Below, piece after piece: positions 47,845 through 57,686 of a DNA stretch of 64,000 nt. Below the pieces are notes generated by a model. It ran no database searches. It worked only from the letters and a program-made list of their open reading frames with translations, and had not been told where the DNA came from. The position numbers and the translations under genes are program-made. Numbering within the stretch: the first letter of the stretch is position 1; every line of letters begins with the position of its first letter. Source of the DNA: an uncultured Lentisphaeraceae bacterium (lineage in GTDB: Bacteria > Verrucomicrobiota > Kiritimatiellia > RFP12 > UBA1067); assembly GCA_964636295.1 (NCBI GenBank), contig CAZWQY010000005.1, positions 47,496-111,495 on the forward strand, in the 5' to 3' direction.

Positions 47845-48702
47845 ATGCGCGCGGACGGCGTTCCGTTGCGGCTGGCGCTCTTCGCCGCGTCCGTCGTGTC
47901 GATGCTGTGGGGCTATCGCCTCCTCCTGCTCGAACATGCGCCGGGCGTCTTCTCGTCGCCGCAGGAAGACCTTTCCTACGGCTGGTACGTGCCGCTTTTC
48001 TCGCTTTACGTCCTCTGGCGCGAGCGGCGGGAGATTGTCGCGTCGTTCGGCGCGCCGTCCGCATGGGGGCTTCTGCTTGCCGTGCCGTTCCTGCTCCTCG
48101 GCTACGTCGGCGCGCGCGGCCTGCAGGTGCGCTTCGAGATTGTCGGCTTCGCGGGGCTGCTCGTCGCGCTGACGCTCGCGTTCTTCGGCGCGAAGACGAT
48201 GAAGCGAACGCTCTTCCCGTTTCTCTTTCTTCTCTTCTGCATTCCGCTTCACACGTTTCTGGACGTCGTCACGATTCATCTGCGGCTCTTCGCGGTGTCG
48301 GCCGCATACGTCGTCCTGCAGGGCTTGGGCGTCGACGTCGTTCGGCAGGGGACGATGCTCGCGTCCTCGACCGGCTCGTTCGCGATCGACGTCGCCGCGC
48401 CGTGCAGCGGCATGCGCTCGCTCTTCGCGATGATGGCCCTCACGGCGGGCTACGCCTACTTCACGCAGCCGACGTGGCTGCGGCGCGGGCTGCTCTTCGC
48501 GCTGTCGATTCCGCTCGCGATTCTCGGCAACGTCCTGCGCGTCTTCACCATCGTCGGCGTCGCGGCGGCGTGTTCGCCCGACTTTGCGACGGGCTTCTAC
48601 CACGACTATTCCGGCTACGTCGTCTTCCTGAGCGCGATTTTCCTCATGGTCGCCTGCGGCGGGCTGATTACGAAAGGGTTCGAGCGATGCGCGCGTACGT
48701 GA
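47845..48702 (+). CDS. Exosortase/archaeosortase-family transpeptidase
   Basis: Multi-TM protein with catalytic triad candidates: PCSGMRS (Cys), GNVLR (Arg), FYHD (His). Confidence 0.85.
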   Translation: MRADGVPLRLALFAASVVSMLWGYRLLLLEHAPGVFSSPQEDLSYGWYVPLFSLYVLWRERREIVASFGAPSAWGLLLAVPFLLLGYVGARGLQVRFEIVGFAGLLVALTLAFFGAKTMKRTLFPFLFLLFCIPLHTFLDVVTIHLRLFAVSAAYVVLQGLGVDVVRQGTMLASSTGSFAIDVAAPCSGMRSLFAMMALTAGYAYFTQPTWLRRGLLFALSIPLAILGNVLRVFTIVGVAAACSPDFATGFYHDYSGYVVFLSAIFLMVACGGLITKGFERCART

Positions 48703-49274
48703 TTCCCGTTCTCGCGACGGCGCTCGTCGTCGCCGCGATGGCGTGGCAGGGGCTGGGCGTCGATCCCGTCCTCTGCGCGGTGCCGTCGGCGCGGCTCGGC
48801 GAAATCGCGGGCTTCACGTCCGAGCCGCTGGAGCCGTCCGAGGCGGAGCGGACGACGCTGCCGGCCGACACGCAGTTCGACAAGCGGCTCTACACGGCGG
48901 CGGACGGCACGTGGTACCAGGTCTCGCTCGTGATCGGCGGCAGGTCGAAAAGCTCGATCCACCGTCCCGAACTGTGTCTGCCGTCGCAGGGCTTCCAGAT
49001 GATGAATCCGCGCGAACTGGACGCGGGCGGCATCGCCTGGCACGCCGTCACGCTCGCGCGCGGCACGCTGCCGCCGCTTGGCTTTGCCTACACGTTCTTC
49101 AACCAGGACGGCTTTCGCACGTCGTCGCACGTCCGGCGCATTCTCCGCGACGTCTTCGACCGCAGCTTCCGCGCGCGCATCGACCGCTGGGCGATGCTGA
49201 CGGTGAACGCCGCGCGGGCGGACGACGCTTCGCTTGCGGCGTTCCTCCTTCACTTGAAGGACGTTGTGGAGTGA
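48687..49274 (+). CDS. Exosortase-associated EpsI-family protein
   Basis: N-terminal anchor, LPADT.F.KRLY, SIHRPELCLPSQG. C-terminal part of track ORF 47907..49274. Confidence 0.78.
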   Translation: MRAYVIPVLATALVVAAMAWQGLGVDPVLCAVPSARLGEIAGFTSEPLEPSEAERTTLPADTQFDKRLYTAADGTWYQVSLVIGGRSKSSIHRPELCLPSQGFQMMNPRELDAGGIAWHAVTLARGTLPPLGFAYTFFNQDGFRTSSHVRRILRDVFDRSFRARIDRWAMLTVNAARADDASLAAFLLHLKDVVE

Positions 49275-49319
49275 CCGAAAGACGACTCCTGCTCCCCGAA
49301 AGGGATATGGTATAATCTC

Positions 49320-51401
49320 ATGAATATGACGGACACCGACCTCACGAACTACGGTGCGGACGTCTTCTCCGAGAAGGCGATCCGCCGCCATTTGCCCAAG
49401 CCTGTCGCGGCGAAGCTCCTGGCGACGATGCGCGACGCGAAGCCCCTCGACCCGACGATTGCGGACGCGGTCGCCGACGGCATGAAGAACTGGGCGCTCG
49501 TCCATGGCGCGACGCACTTCACGCACTGGTTCCAGCCGCTCACCGGCGGCACGGCCGAGAAGCACGACGCCTTTCTGGAGCCGACCGGGCCGGCGCAGGC
49601 CGTGCTCAAGTTCTCCGGCAAGAACCTGATCGGCGGCGAGGCGGACGCCTCGTCCTTCCCGTCGGGCGGCCTGCGCTCGACGTTCGAGGCGCGCGGCTAC
49701 ACGGCGTGGGACCCGACGTCGCCGGCGTTCCTCAAGCGGCACGCGCACGGCGCGACGCTCTGCATCCCGACGGCGTTCTGCTCGTTCACGGGCGACACGC
49801 TCGACATGAAGACGCCGCTCCTGCGCTCGATCCAGGCCTTGTCGCATTCGGTCGAGCGGCTGATGAAGGCGTTCGGGCAGAAGAAGGCGCACGTCTCCGT
49901 CACGCTTGGCGCGGAGCAGGAGTACTTCCTCATCGACCGCCGCTTCTACCTGAAGCGTCCCGACCTCCTGCAGACGGGGCGCACGGTCTTCGGCGCGCCG
50001 CCCGCGAAGCACCAGCAGCTTGACGACCACTACTTCGGCGCCATTCGTCCGCGCGTCCTCAAGTTTATGGCCGAGGTCGAGGAGCGGCTTTGGCAGCTCG
50101 GCATTCCGGCGAAGACGCGCCACAACGAGGTCGCGCCCGCGCAGTTCGAGCTCGCGCCGACGTTTGAGGAGCAGAACCTCGCCGTTGACCACAACATGAT
50201 GATCATGGAGGTGCTGCGCCAGACGGCGGAGAAGAACGATCTCGTCTGCCTCCTGCACGAGAAGCCCTTCGCGGGCGTCAACGGGTCGGGCAAGCACTGC
50301 AACTGGTCGGTCGCCTACGGCGGGCGCAACCTCCTCACGCCGGGCGACGACCCGCGCGAGAACGCGATCTTCCTCGCCGTCCTCGTCGCCGTCATCCGCG
50401 CGATCGACCGGCATGCGGACATCCTGCGCACGACGACGGCTGGTGCGGGGAACGACCACCGCCTCGGCGCGAACGAGGCGCCGCCGGCGATCATCTCGGT
50501 CTTCCTCGGCGACGAGCTCAACGCCGTCCTCGACGCGATCGAGCGCGGCACGAAGTCGGCCGCGCGCGGCACGCCCAAGTCCAGCCTGCGCATCGGCGTC
50601 GACACGCTGCCGCCGCTGCCGCGCGACACGACCGACCGCAACCGCACGTCGCCCTTCGCCTTCACGGGCAACAAGTTCGAGTTCCGCGCGCCGGGTTCGT
50701 CGCAGAACTGCGCGTACAGCCAGACCGTCCTCAACACGATCGTCGCCGAGTCGATTGACGCGCTCTGCGACAAGCTCGCGGCGATAACGGGCGGCGACTT
50801 CCACGCGAACCTGCAGAAGCTCCTCCAGCGGCTCGTCAAGGCGCATCGCCGCGTCGTCTTCTCGGGCGACGGCTATTCGGCGGACTGGCCGAAGGAGGCC
50901 GCCGCGCGCGGGCTTCCGAATCTCCGGGACACGCCGGCGGCCCTGGCGCCGCTCGCCGACCGCGCCAACGTCGCGCTGTTCGAGAAGTACGGCGTCCTCT
51001 CCGCGACGGAGATGCGCGCGCGCCTGGAGATCGGGCGCGAGGACTACGCGCGGCGCATCCGCATCGAGGCGGGCGTCGCGCTCGAGATCGCGCGGTCGAT
51101 GGTGCGGCCCGTCGTGGCGGACGAGTTTTCGCGGCTCGCGACGGCGCTGGGGCAGGCGAAGGCGGACGGACTCAAGACGGGCATCCGGGGCCTGACGGCC
51201 CTTTCGCTCAAGCTCGGCGCAGGCCTCGACGACCTGCACGTCAAGTGCGACCGTCTGGAAAAGGCGCTCGCCGGCGACGATCCAGCCGCGCAGGCGGCGG
51301 CGATGGACGACCTCCGCAAGACGGTCGATCGCCAGGAGGGCCTGGTCGATGACGCGCGCTGGCCGCTGCCGAAGTATCGCGAGATGCTGTTCGTCTACTG
51401 A
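49320..51401 (+). CDS. glnA: Glutamine synthetase type III
   Basis: GATHFTHWFQPLTG, GEADASSFPSGGLR, LGAEQEYF, HNEVAPAQFE, HEKPFAGVNGSGKH, RLGANEAPP, DRNRTSPFAFTGNKFEFRA. The true start may be ATG 49326. Confidence 0.95.
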   Translation: MNMTDTDLTNYGADVFSEKAIRRHLPKPVAAKLLATMRDAKPLDPTIADAVADGMKNWALVHGATHFTHWFQPLTGGTAEKHDAFLEPTGPAQAVLKFSGKNLIGGEADASSFPSGGLRSTFEARGYTAWDPTSPAFLKRHAHGATLCIPTAFCSFTGDTLDMKTPLLRSIQALSHSVERLMKAFGQKKAHVSVTLGAEQEYFLIDRRFYLKRPDLLQTGRTVFGAPPAKHQQLDDHYFGAIRPRVLKFMAEVEERLWQLGIPAKTRHNEVAPAQFELAPTFEEQNLAVDHNMMIMEVLRQTAEKNDLVCLLHEKPFAGVNGSGKHCNWSVAYGGRNLLTPGDDPRENAIFLAVLVAVIRAIDRHADILRTTTAGAGNDHRLGANEAPPAIISVFLGDELNAVLDAIERGTKSAARGTPKSSLRIGVDTLPPLPRDTTDRNRTSPFAFTGNKFEFRAPGSSQNCAYSQTVLNTIVAESIDALCDKLAAITGGDFHANLQKLLQRLVKAHRRVVFSGDGYSADWPKEAAARGLPNLRDTPAALAPLADRANVALFEKYGVLSATEMRARLEIGREDYARRIRIEAGVALEIARSMVRPVVADEFSRLATALGQAKADGLKTGIRGLTALSLKLGAGLDDLHVKCDRLEKALAGDDPAAQAAAMDDLRKTVDRQEGLVDDARWPLPKYREMLFVY

Positions 51402-51436
51402 TGTTGTCGTGTTCCCGAAGAGAAAGGAAGTCCAAA

Positions 51437-52876
51437 ATGAAAAAGGAAATGCCGGCCCTGTTTCGTCTGTGCGCCGTTGTCTGCTGTCTGCTGTCCGCCG
51501 CCGTCGCGTCGGCCGCCGCCTCGGCTGCCGGGGCGCGTCCGAAGTACGTCTTTCTCTTCATCGGCGACGGGATGTCCACGCCGCAGCGGATGACCGCGAA
51601 CGAGTTCTCGCTCAAGAGCGGGCGCGGCAACCTCGCGATGAACGCGCTGCCGTTCCAGGCGACGACGCGCACCTGCTCGGCGGACTCGCTCGTCACGGAT
51701 TCGGCGGCGGCGGCGACGGCCATCGCCTGCGGCACGAAGACCTTGAACGGCGCGGTGGGCGTCGATGCGAAGGGCGCGCCGCTTGAATCGGTCGCGTCCG
51801 TCGCGCACCGTGGCGGAAAGGCCGTCGGCATCGTGACGACCGTCACGATCAATCACGCGACGCCGGCGGGCTTCTACGGACACCGCAAGGGGCGCGGCGA
51901 GGGCTATGGCCTTGGCCTCGACCTGCTTGCGTCTGGCTTCGACTACTTCGCGGGCGGCGGACTCTCGCAGCACGACGACCGGGAAGCGGCGGGCTATCGC
52001 GGCGACGTCTATGCGCTCGCGAAGGACGCGGGCTACACGTTCGTGTGCGGCGACCGCGCGGCATTCGATGCGCTCAAGCCGGGCGGCGGCAAGGTCTGGT
52101 ATGTCGCGTGCGAGGGCGCGATGCCGTACGCGATTGACGCGGATGCCTGGGCGGGCGTGCCGACGCTGGCGGAACTGACCGCGAAGGGGATTGAGCTCCT
52201 CTCGCCCGATCCCGACGGATTCTTCCTGATGGTCGAGGGCGGGCGGATCGACTGGGCCGGACACGCGAACGACGCGGCGACCAACTTGCGGGACGTCCTC
52301 GCGCTCGACGACGCGGTGAAGGTCGCGCTCGCGTTTCAGGAAAAGTACCCGGAGGAGACGCTGGTCGTCGTCACGGGCGACCACGAGACGGGCGGCATGA
52401 CGATGGGCTTCGCGGCGACGGGCTATGCGTTCTACATGGATCGCCTCGTGAACCAGAAGTGCTCGGCGGATTCGCTCGTCGCGCACATCCGCGCGACGCG
52501 CCCCGCCGACTTCGCGGCGCTCCAGCCGTTCCTCGCGGCGAACTTCGGCTTCGACTTCACGACGACGGACGTGACGCGCAACCCGATGGCGGTGACGGCG
52601 GACGAGCGGAAGGATCTGGAGGCGGCCTTTGCCCACGACCTTCGGCTGGCGCGCGCGGGCAAGAAGGAGAACGAGGCGTATGACGCGCAGAAAGTCTCGC
52701 GCCTGCCGACGGCGGTGAAGGCGCTCTTCTCCCACAAGTGCGGCATTGGCTGGACGAGCGGCGCGCACACGGCGCTCCCCGTCCTCACGACGGCGCAGGG
52801 ACGCGGGGCGGAACGGTTCGTCGGCTTCATCGACAACACGGATCTCGCGAAGACGCTCAAAGACCTCGTGAAGTGA
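51437..52876 (+). CDS. phoA: Alkaline phosphatase, exported
   Basis: FLFIGDGM, VTDSAAAATA (catalytic Ser), HATPAGF, LMVEGGRIDWAGHAND, TGDHETGG, HT. Start at ATG 51437. Confidence 0.9.
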   Translation: MKKEMPALFRLCAVVCCLLSAAVASAAASAAGARPKYVFLFIGDGMSTPQRMTANEFSLKSGRGNLAMNALPFQATTRTCSADSLVTDSAAAATAIACGTKTLNGAVGVDAKGAPLESVASVAHRGGKAVGIVTTVTINHATPAGFYGHRKGRGEGYGLGLDLLASGFDYFAGGGLSQHDDREAAGYRGDVYALAKDAGYTFVCGDRAAFDALKPGGGKVWYVACEGAMPYAIDADAWAGVPTLAELTAKGIELLSPDPDGFFLMVEGGRIDWAGHANDAATNLRDVLALDDAVKVALAFQEKYPEETLVVVTGDHETGGMTMGFAATGYAFYMDRLVNQKCSADSLVAHIRATRPADFAALQPFLAANFGFDFTTTDVTRNPMAVTADERKDLEAAFAHDLRLARAGKKENEAYDAQKVSRLPTAVKALFSHKCGIGWTSGAHTALPVLTTAQGRGAERFVGFIDNTDLAKTLKDLVK

Positions 52877-53967
52877 AGCGGGCGCTGCCGATCGCCGTCC
52901 TTGCGCTCGTCTGCGTCGTCCTCGCGTGTCTGCCGGGGGCGCGTCGGCTCGCGACGCCGGCCGGCGAGACGGCGCGTGCCACGGTCGTCGAGACGGACGA
53001 TTCCGACGTCCAGCTTCATGGGCTCATCGAGTTCGGCACGCAGCGGCTCAAGGTGCGTCTGCCGGACGGCTCGGTGAAGCGCGCGCACAACGAGTTGCGC
53101 GCGCAGCTGGAGCTGGACAAGAAGTTTGCGGTCGGCGACACGGCGCTCGTCGTCCTCGGCGACGAGCCGCTGGTCGCGCGCGACCACTGGCGGCTCGGCT
53201 GGGGCGCGGTTCTCTTCGGCGGCTTTGCCGCGTTCCTGTGCGTCTTTGGCGGCTGGACGGGCGCGAAGGCCCTGTTCAGCTTTGTCTTCAGCTGCCTCGC
53301 CGTCTGGAAGCTGCTCGTGCCGTTGTGTCTCGCGGGGTGGAACGCCGCCGCCACGTCCTTCGTGGTCGTCGCGCTCCTGACGGCCGTCATCATGTATCTC
53401 GTCGCCGGCTGGACGCGCACGGGGCTGGCCGCGCTCTTGGGCGCGCTGTTGGGCGTCGGGGCTTCGCTCCTTCTTGCGGGACTCGTCACGTCGCTCATGC
53501 ACGTCAACGGCGCGACACTGCCGTTCGCCCAGACGCTGCTCTATTCGGGCTATACGGATCTCGACTTGGCGGACGTCTTCGTCGGCGCGGTGATTCTCGC
53601 CTCGTCGGGCGCGGTGATGGACTTGGCGATGGACATTGCCGCCGGACTCGCCGAACTCGCGCGCCATCGCCCGGACCTGCCGTGCGGCGAACTGTTCCGC
53701 AGTGGCGTGCGCATCGGGCGTAGCGTGGTCGGGACGATGACGACGACGCTTCTGCTCGCCTATTCGGGCGGCTATCTCACGCTTCTCATGGTCTTTGCGG
53801 CGCAGGGGACGGATCCGCTGGATTTCCTCAACTCGACGCTCGTCTCGGCGGAGCTCGTCAAGACGCTCGTCGGCAGTTTCGGACTGGTGCTCGTCGCGCC
53901 GTTCACGGCCCTCGTCGGGGCGTTTGTCTTTTCGCGTCATGCGGCACGTCACGGTTCACGGAATTGA
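52873..53967 (+). CDS. YibE/F-family membrane protein
   Basis: GTG overlaps the phoA stop. SSGAVMDLAMDIAAG, SGVRIGRSVVGTMTTTLLLAYSGG. Confidence 0.85.
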   Translation: MKRALPIAVLALVCVVLACLPGARRLATPAGETARATVVETDDSDVQLHGLIEFGTQRLKVRLPDGSVKRAHNELRAQLELDKKFAVGDTALVVLGDEPLVARDHWRLGWGAVLFGGFAAFLCVFGGWTGAKALFSFVFSCLAVWKLLVPLCLAGWNAAATSFVVVALLTAVIMYLVAGWTRTGLAALLGALLGVGASLLLAGLVTSLMHVNGATLPFAQTLLYSGYTDLDLADVFVGAVILASSGAVMDLAMDIAAGLAELARHRPDLPCGELFRSGVRIGRSVVGTMTTTLLLAYSGGYLTLLMVFAAQGTDPLDFLNSTLVSAELVKTLVGSFGLVLVAPFTALVGAFVFSRHAARHGSRN

Positions 53968-54280
53968 CGCGGAGGTCGCGGAGACCTTGGCGGCGCGTCT
54001 GCGCGGACTCATCGGGCGGCGGAGCCTGCCGCCGGGGCGCGGGCTGCTCATTCCGCGCTGCAACGCAATTCACACGCTCTTCATGCGCTTTGCGATTGAC
54101 GCGACGTTCCTGGATCGGCAGGGGCGCGTCGTGAAGGTCGTGCGCGACATTCGTCCGGGGCGTCTCTGGGTCTGGGGCGGCTGGCGCGCCGCGAGCGTGC
54201 TGGAAACGGCGGCGAACGCCCGGCGTGGCGGCACCGCTTGCGGGGATTTGGGGGGATGTGGTATAATGCGCGGAGAATGA
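53939..54280 (+). CDS. DUF192-family protein
   Basis: AETLAARLRGLIGR, GLLIPRCNAIHTLFMRFAIDATFLD, VLE. Confidence 0.82.
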   Translation: MRHVTVHGIDAEVAETLAARLRGLIGRRSLPPGRGLLIPRCNAIHTLFMRFAIDATFLDRQGRVVKVVRDIRPGRLWVWGGWRAASVLETAANARRGGTACGDLGGCGIMRGE

Positions 54281-55470
54281 AAAAAGGCTTTACACTTGTC
54301 GAGCTTCTGATTGTCGTCGTCGTGCTTGTCACGCTCATGACGATTTCGTTTCGGATCACGGGTGCGGGGGGCGAGGCTTCGGCGCGGAACCGGACGGTCA
54401 ATCGGATGCAACGTCTTGAAAACTGCCTGTCGGGCTATTATGCGGCCTATGGATGCTACCCGCCCGTTCGTCTCCACGGTAGCCGCGACTATACGCTTGA
54501 TGTCGATGCGCATGGCATTCAGCAGGTTGGTTCAGCCAATTCGGGGCTCAAGGGGAGCAGTTCGTCGTCGAGTGGCGGGTCTCGGGCTTCGGAACTGAAC
54601 TGGGAGCGTGTGCGGGCGGCTTGTCGGTCTCAGCCAATCGGCATGAGTTATCCGTTCACGAAGTCGGGCATCCAGAACTATATCAATAAAGTCTCGGATA
54701 TGCTGATCAAGCGTTCGCAGTCGAACGATTCGAAGGATGCCGCGTATCGGGCTAATTCGACTATCCTTTCCAAGGGGTTTCGGGCGATTACGGACGAAGG
54801 CATGCTCTCTTCAAAGCGCAACGACGAAGAGTGGACGGATGTTCAGATTTTCAAGTTCGGCGTTCTCAGTTACTTGCTGCCGCGCTACCTCATCATGCTG
54901 GGTGGCGAATCCAACATGGATCAGATCTATCAAAACCAGAAGTCCTGGACGGCCAACAATCGGTTGCCGTGTCGGTTTGAGGACGGCGTGCCGTATTCGA
55001 GTTGGGGCGCCGTGAACGAAGATGTGCGCAGATACAAGTGGAAGGTCTCAGTTCTTTCGTCGCAGGCGACGTGTGCGCGCTGGTTGCCGAATCTTGAGCG
55101 GACCGTCCGCACCCAGTACGATTTTGAGGCGTATGGCATCCAGTTGCGCGACGCGGCGGATTCCTATGCGAACGTCTCTGCCAGCAATCCGGAACCCGAA
55201 CTGTATTCGACCGAGTCGCAGGGCGGGGCCGGGAGTTCCAGCGGCGACCAGTATGTCTTGGACGGCATGACGGTCGTGGACGGTTGGGCGGAGGAATTCT
55301 ACTACTACTCGCCGCCGCCGTACCAGAGTTACATTCTCTGGAGCGCGGGCAAGAACAAGAAGACGTTTCCGCAATGGGTGTCGGACGAGGAGATTCGGAA
55401 ACTCCCGGTCAGCGAACAGTCGACTGTTCTGGAGTGGAAGGGCGACGATATCGTGAAAATGAGCCATTGA
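54277..55470 (+). CDS. Prepilin-type N-methylation domain protein (GspG-like C-terminus)
   Basis: MKKG/FTLVELLIVV class III signal. C-terminal DGWAEEFYY...LWSAG. TGGTATAAT 9 nt upstream. Confidence 0.85.
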   Translation: MKKGFTLVELLIVVVVLVTLMTISFRITGAGGEASARNRTVNRMQRLENCLSGYYAAYGCYPPVRLHGSRDYTLDVDAHGIQQVGSANSGLKGSSSSSSGGSRASELNWERVRAACRSQPIGMSYPFTKSGIQNYINKVSDMLIKRSQSNDSKDAAYRANSTILSKGFRAITDEGMLSSKRNDEEWTDVQIFKFGVLSYLLPRYLIMLGGESNMDQIYQNQKSWTANNRLPCRFEDGVPYSSWGAVNEDVRRYKWKVSVLSSQATCARWLPNLERTVRTQYDFEAYGIQLRDAADSYANVSASNPEPELYSTESQGGAGSSSGDQYVLDGMTVVDGWAEEFYYYSPPPYQSYILWSAGKNKKTFPQWVSDEEIRKLPVSEQSTVLEWKGDDIVKMSH

Positions 55471-55490
55471 GAATCACAAGGAGTGCGGAA

Positions 55491-56126
55491 ATGTGTGAAA
55501 AATCGAATCATTTGGGCGCGAAGCCTGGTTTCACCTTGGTCGAGATGCTGGTCGTGGTCGGCATCCTTGCGGTGTTGATCGGCGCGAGTCTTTCGGCCTT
55601 CACCTCGACGACGAAGAAGGCCCAGAAGGCAAAGGGCCAGGAACTCGTGCACAACGTGGCCACGGCCTTGGAGAAGATCTACCAGGAGGAGGGGGCATGG
55701 CCGCGTCGCATTCTGAACGGCAGCAATAGCGAGAACGGCATCGACGAGAAGGTGGCTTATGCGTTGGCCAAGCGCAATGCCCTGTCCCTTTCGTACGACG
55801 ACAGTTCGAAGAAGACCACGGCTCTTGACCAGTGCGGTGTCGTCTCGCCGTGGGCACAGGACGTGATTCGCCGGAAGAAGGGCCAGGGCGTGAGCGAATC
55901 CATGAAAGTTCCCTCTGGCGGAACGATCAAGACGCATCGTCTGCGCTATGCCGTCGATACGGATGGGCGCGGCTTCGTGACGGCGAACGTCGAAGGCCAG
56001 TCCGTGATTATTCGCGGTTCGGTTGCCGTCTGGTGCGCGGGTTACGACGGCAAGTTCGAGAAGTACAAGGACGGTCTCCGCAAGGACGACATCTACAGCT
56101 GGGGTCGTGATCAGGTGAAGGAGTAA
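55491..56126 (+). CDS. Prepilin-type N-methylation domain protein
   Basis: KPG/FTLVEMLVVVGILAVL, SPW, VWCAGYDGK...DDIYSW. Confidence 0.85.
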   Translation: MCEKSNHLGAKPGFTLVEMLVVVGILAVLIGASLSAFTSTTKKAQKAKGQELVHNVATALEKIYQEEGAWPRRILNGSNSENGIDEKVAYALAKRNALSLSYDDSSKKTTALDQCGVVSPWAQDVIRRKKGQGVSESMKVPSGGTIKTHRLRYAVDTDGRGFVTANVEGQSVIIRGSVAVWCAGYDGKFEKYKDGLRKDDIYSWGRDQVKE

Positions 56127-56130
56127 AGAA

Positions 56131-56760
56131 ATGAAGAAGGGTTTTACAATTGTCGAATTGCTGGTGGTCGTCGCGATTATCGGCATTCTTCTCGGCATCG
56201 TTTCAACGGCAACGATCGGTTCGATTCGCAATGGACGGGCAAAGCGCGCCGAGGCCATGTGCAGCGTCCTCAGCCAGGCGATTTCCTCCTACTACGCGCA
56301 GAAGGGGGAATGGCCGACGGCAATCGAGAACTACGCCAAGAACATGGGCGACAGGGAGACGGTCACGTTGTCGGCCAATGACGCGGACAGCGTTTTCCGC
56401 GAGATCGTCAAGAAGTCGGTTGGTTCGGGCGCGACGATGCATCTTCTGGATGCGCAGGCGCTCTTTGTCGCGGAGGCGAGCAAGATCAAGAACAACAGCG
56501 AGGGCTGCTACGATAACCACGACGACAAGACGTATGACTCCTACTGTGGCGACAAGCACTGTGTCAATGGGCGTGATTTCTCGAACGCGACGCAAAAGGG
56601 CGGGAGGAATCGTCTCTCGGTCGATAACATGGCGTTTGGCTATCAGGGCACGCGGGCGGGCAAGTTCTGCCGCTTCTGGATCACCTACAACGGCCGTACC
56701 GATTCGGTGAACGTGTCGCGGAAGAATCCGGGCAAGGAGTATCCCGAAGATTGGGAATGA
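56131..56760 (+). CDS. Prepilin-type N-methylation domain protein
   Basis: MKKG/FTIVELLVVVAIIGIL, YYAQKGEWP. Confidence 0.85.
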   Translation: MKKGFTIVELLVVVAIIGILLGIVSTATIGSIRNGRAKRAEAMCSVLSQAISSYYAQKGEWPTAIENYAKNMGDRETVTLSANDADSVFREIVKKSVGSGATMHLLDAQALFVAEASKIKNNSEGCYDNHDDKTYDSYCGDKHCVNGRDFSNATQKGGRNRLSVDNMAFGYQGTRAGKFCRFWITYNGRTDSVNVSRKNPGKEYPEDWE

Positions 56761-57686
56761 CGATGAGAAAAGCCTTCACCTTGATGGAGCTGATGGTCGT
56801 CGTGGGAATCATGTCATTCCTCGGCGTCGCGGCGGTCGGCGGCTACAATGCACTTCAGCGCGGCATGGCAGAGCGTGGTGCCACGGCGGTTGCGACGTCG
56901 CTTCTCCAGGCGGCGAAGGAGCGGGCGATGATCGATCGCGTGCCGACCGTCGTCTATTGCTATAACCGGCTGGTGCGTGCGGCGACGGACGACGAGAACG
57001 CGATTGTCGTCGGCGAAGCGGTCGCGGTGCGGCGCGCCGGGCGCGTGACGTGGGCGCGCGGCGACCTGATTGCCGACGAGTTTGCCGATCTCGCCAGCAG
57101 CTATGATGTCGTGCCCGACGAGAGCGATGCCAAGGAGCGGAAGGGCATGAAGCTTTGGCGTTTTGACGACGACAGGATCAGCGACATGCGCTATTCGGTT
57201 GTTGCCGATGCCGTGGTGATGCTGGATGGTGACGTTGGCGGAACGACCTATCGTGGGTGGGCGCTTGACCCGACGGCGGACGAGAGTAGCACGCTGGTGA
57301 ATGGGCAGACCGTTTCGGGGGACGGGGACATGACGGACTTTAGGTTCAAGAATACGGGATCGGGCGAGGGCGAGTTGCACATTCAGGCCTATGCATTTGC
57401 CAACTTGAAGTCAAGCAAGTATGAGCCGAGCGCGTGGACAGTTGGCGATGGCTACGGCTTCGAGTTTGCGAACGTTCAGTTGCCGAACGACTTTGTCTTT
57501 GGTGGCGGGAATGTGCCGAGTCAGGTCGGGGACGTTAGCTTTGTCAAGGCACTCTACTTCGACCCCGATCAGTCGGGAAGTGACGATTCGGTCGATATCT
57601 ACTTCTGTCGCCCCGATTCTGGCGGCAATCCGAAGCCAGACCACAAGGCCGGTACGGCGACAAGCCAGGAGGATGCGAAGATATGA
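56757..57686 (+). CDS. Prepilin-type protein (GspH/FimT-like)
   Basis: RKA/FTLMELMVVVGIM, AKERAMIDRVPT. ATGA overlap with the previous gene. Confidence 0.82.
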   Translation: MTMRKAFTLMELMVVVGIMSFLGVAAVGGYNALQRGMAERGATAVATSLLQAAKERAMIDRVPTVVYCYNRLVRAATDDENAIVVGEAVAVRRAGRVTWARGDLIADEFADLASSYDVVPDESDAKERKGMKLWRFDDDRISDMRYSVVADAVVMLDGDVGGTTYRGWALDPTADESSTLVNGQTVSGDGDMTDFRFKNTGSGEGELHIQAYAFANLKSSKYEPSAWTVGDGYGFEFANVQLPNDFVFGGGNVPSQVGDVSFVKALYFDPDQSGSDDSVDIYFCRPDSGGNPKPDHKAGTATSQEDAKI

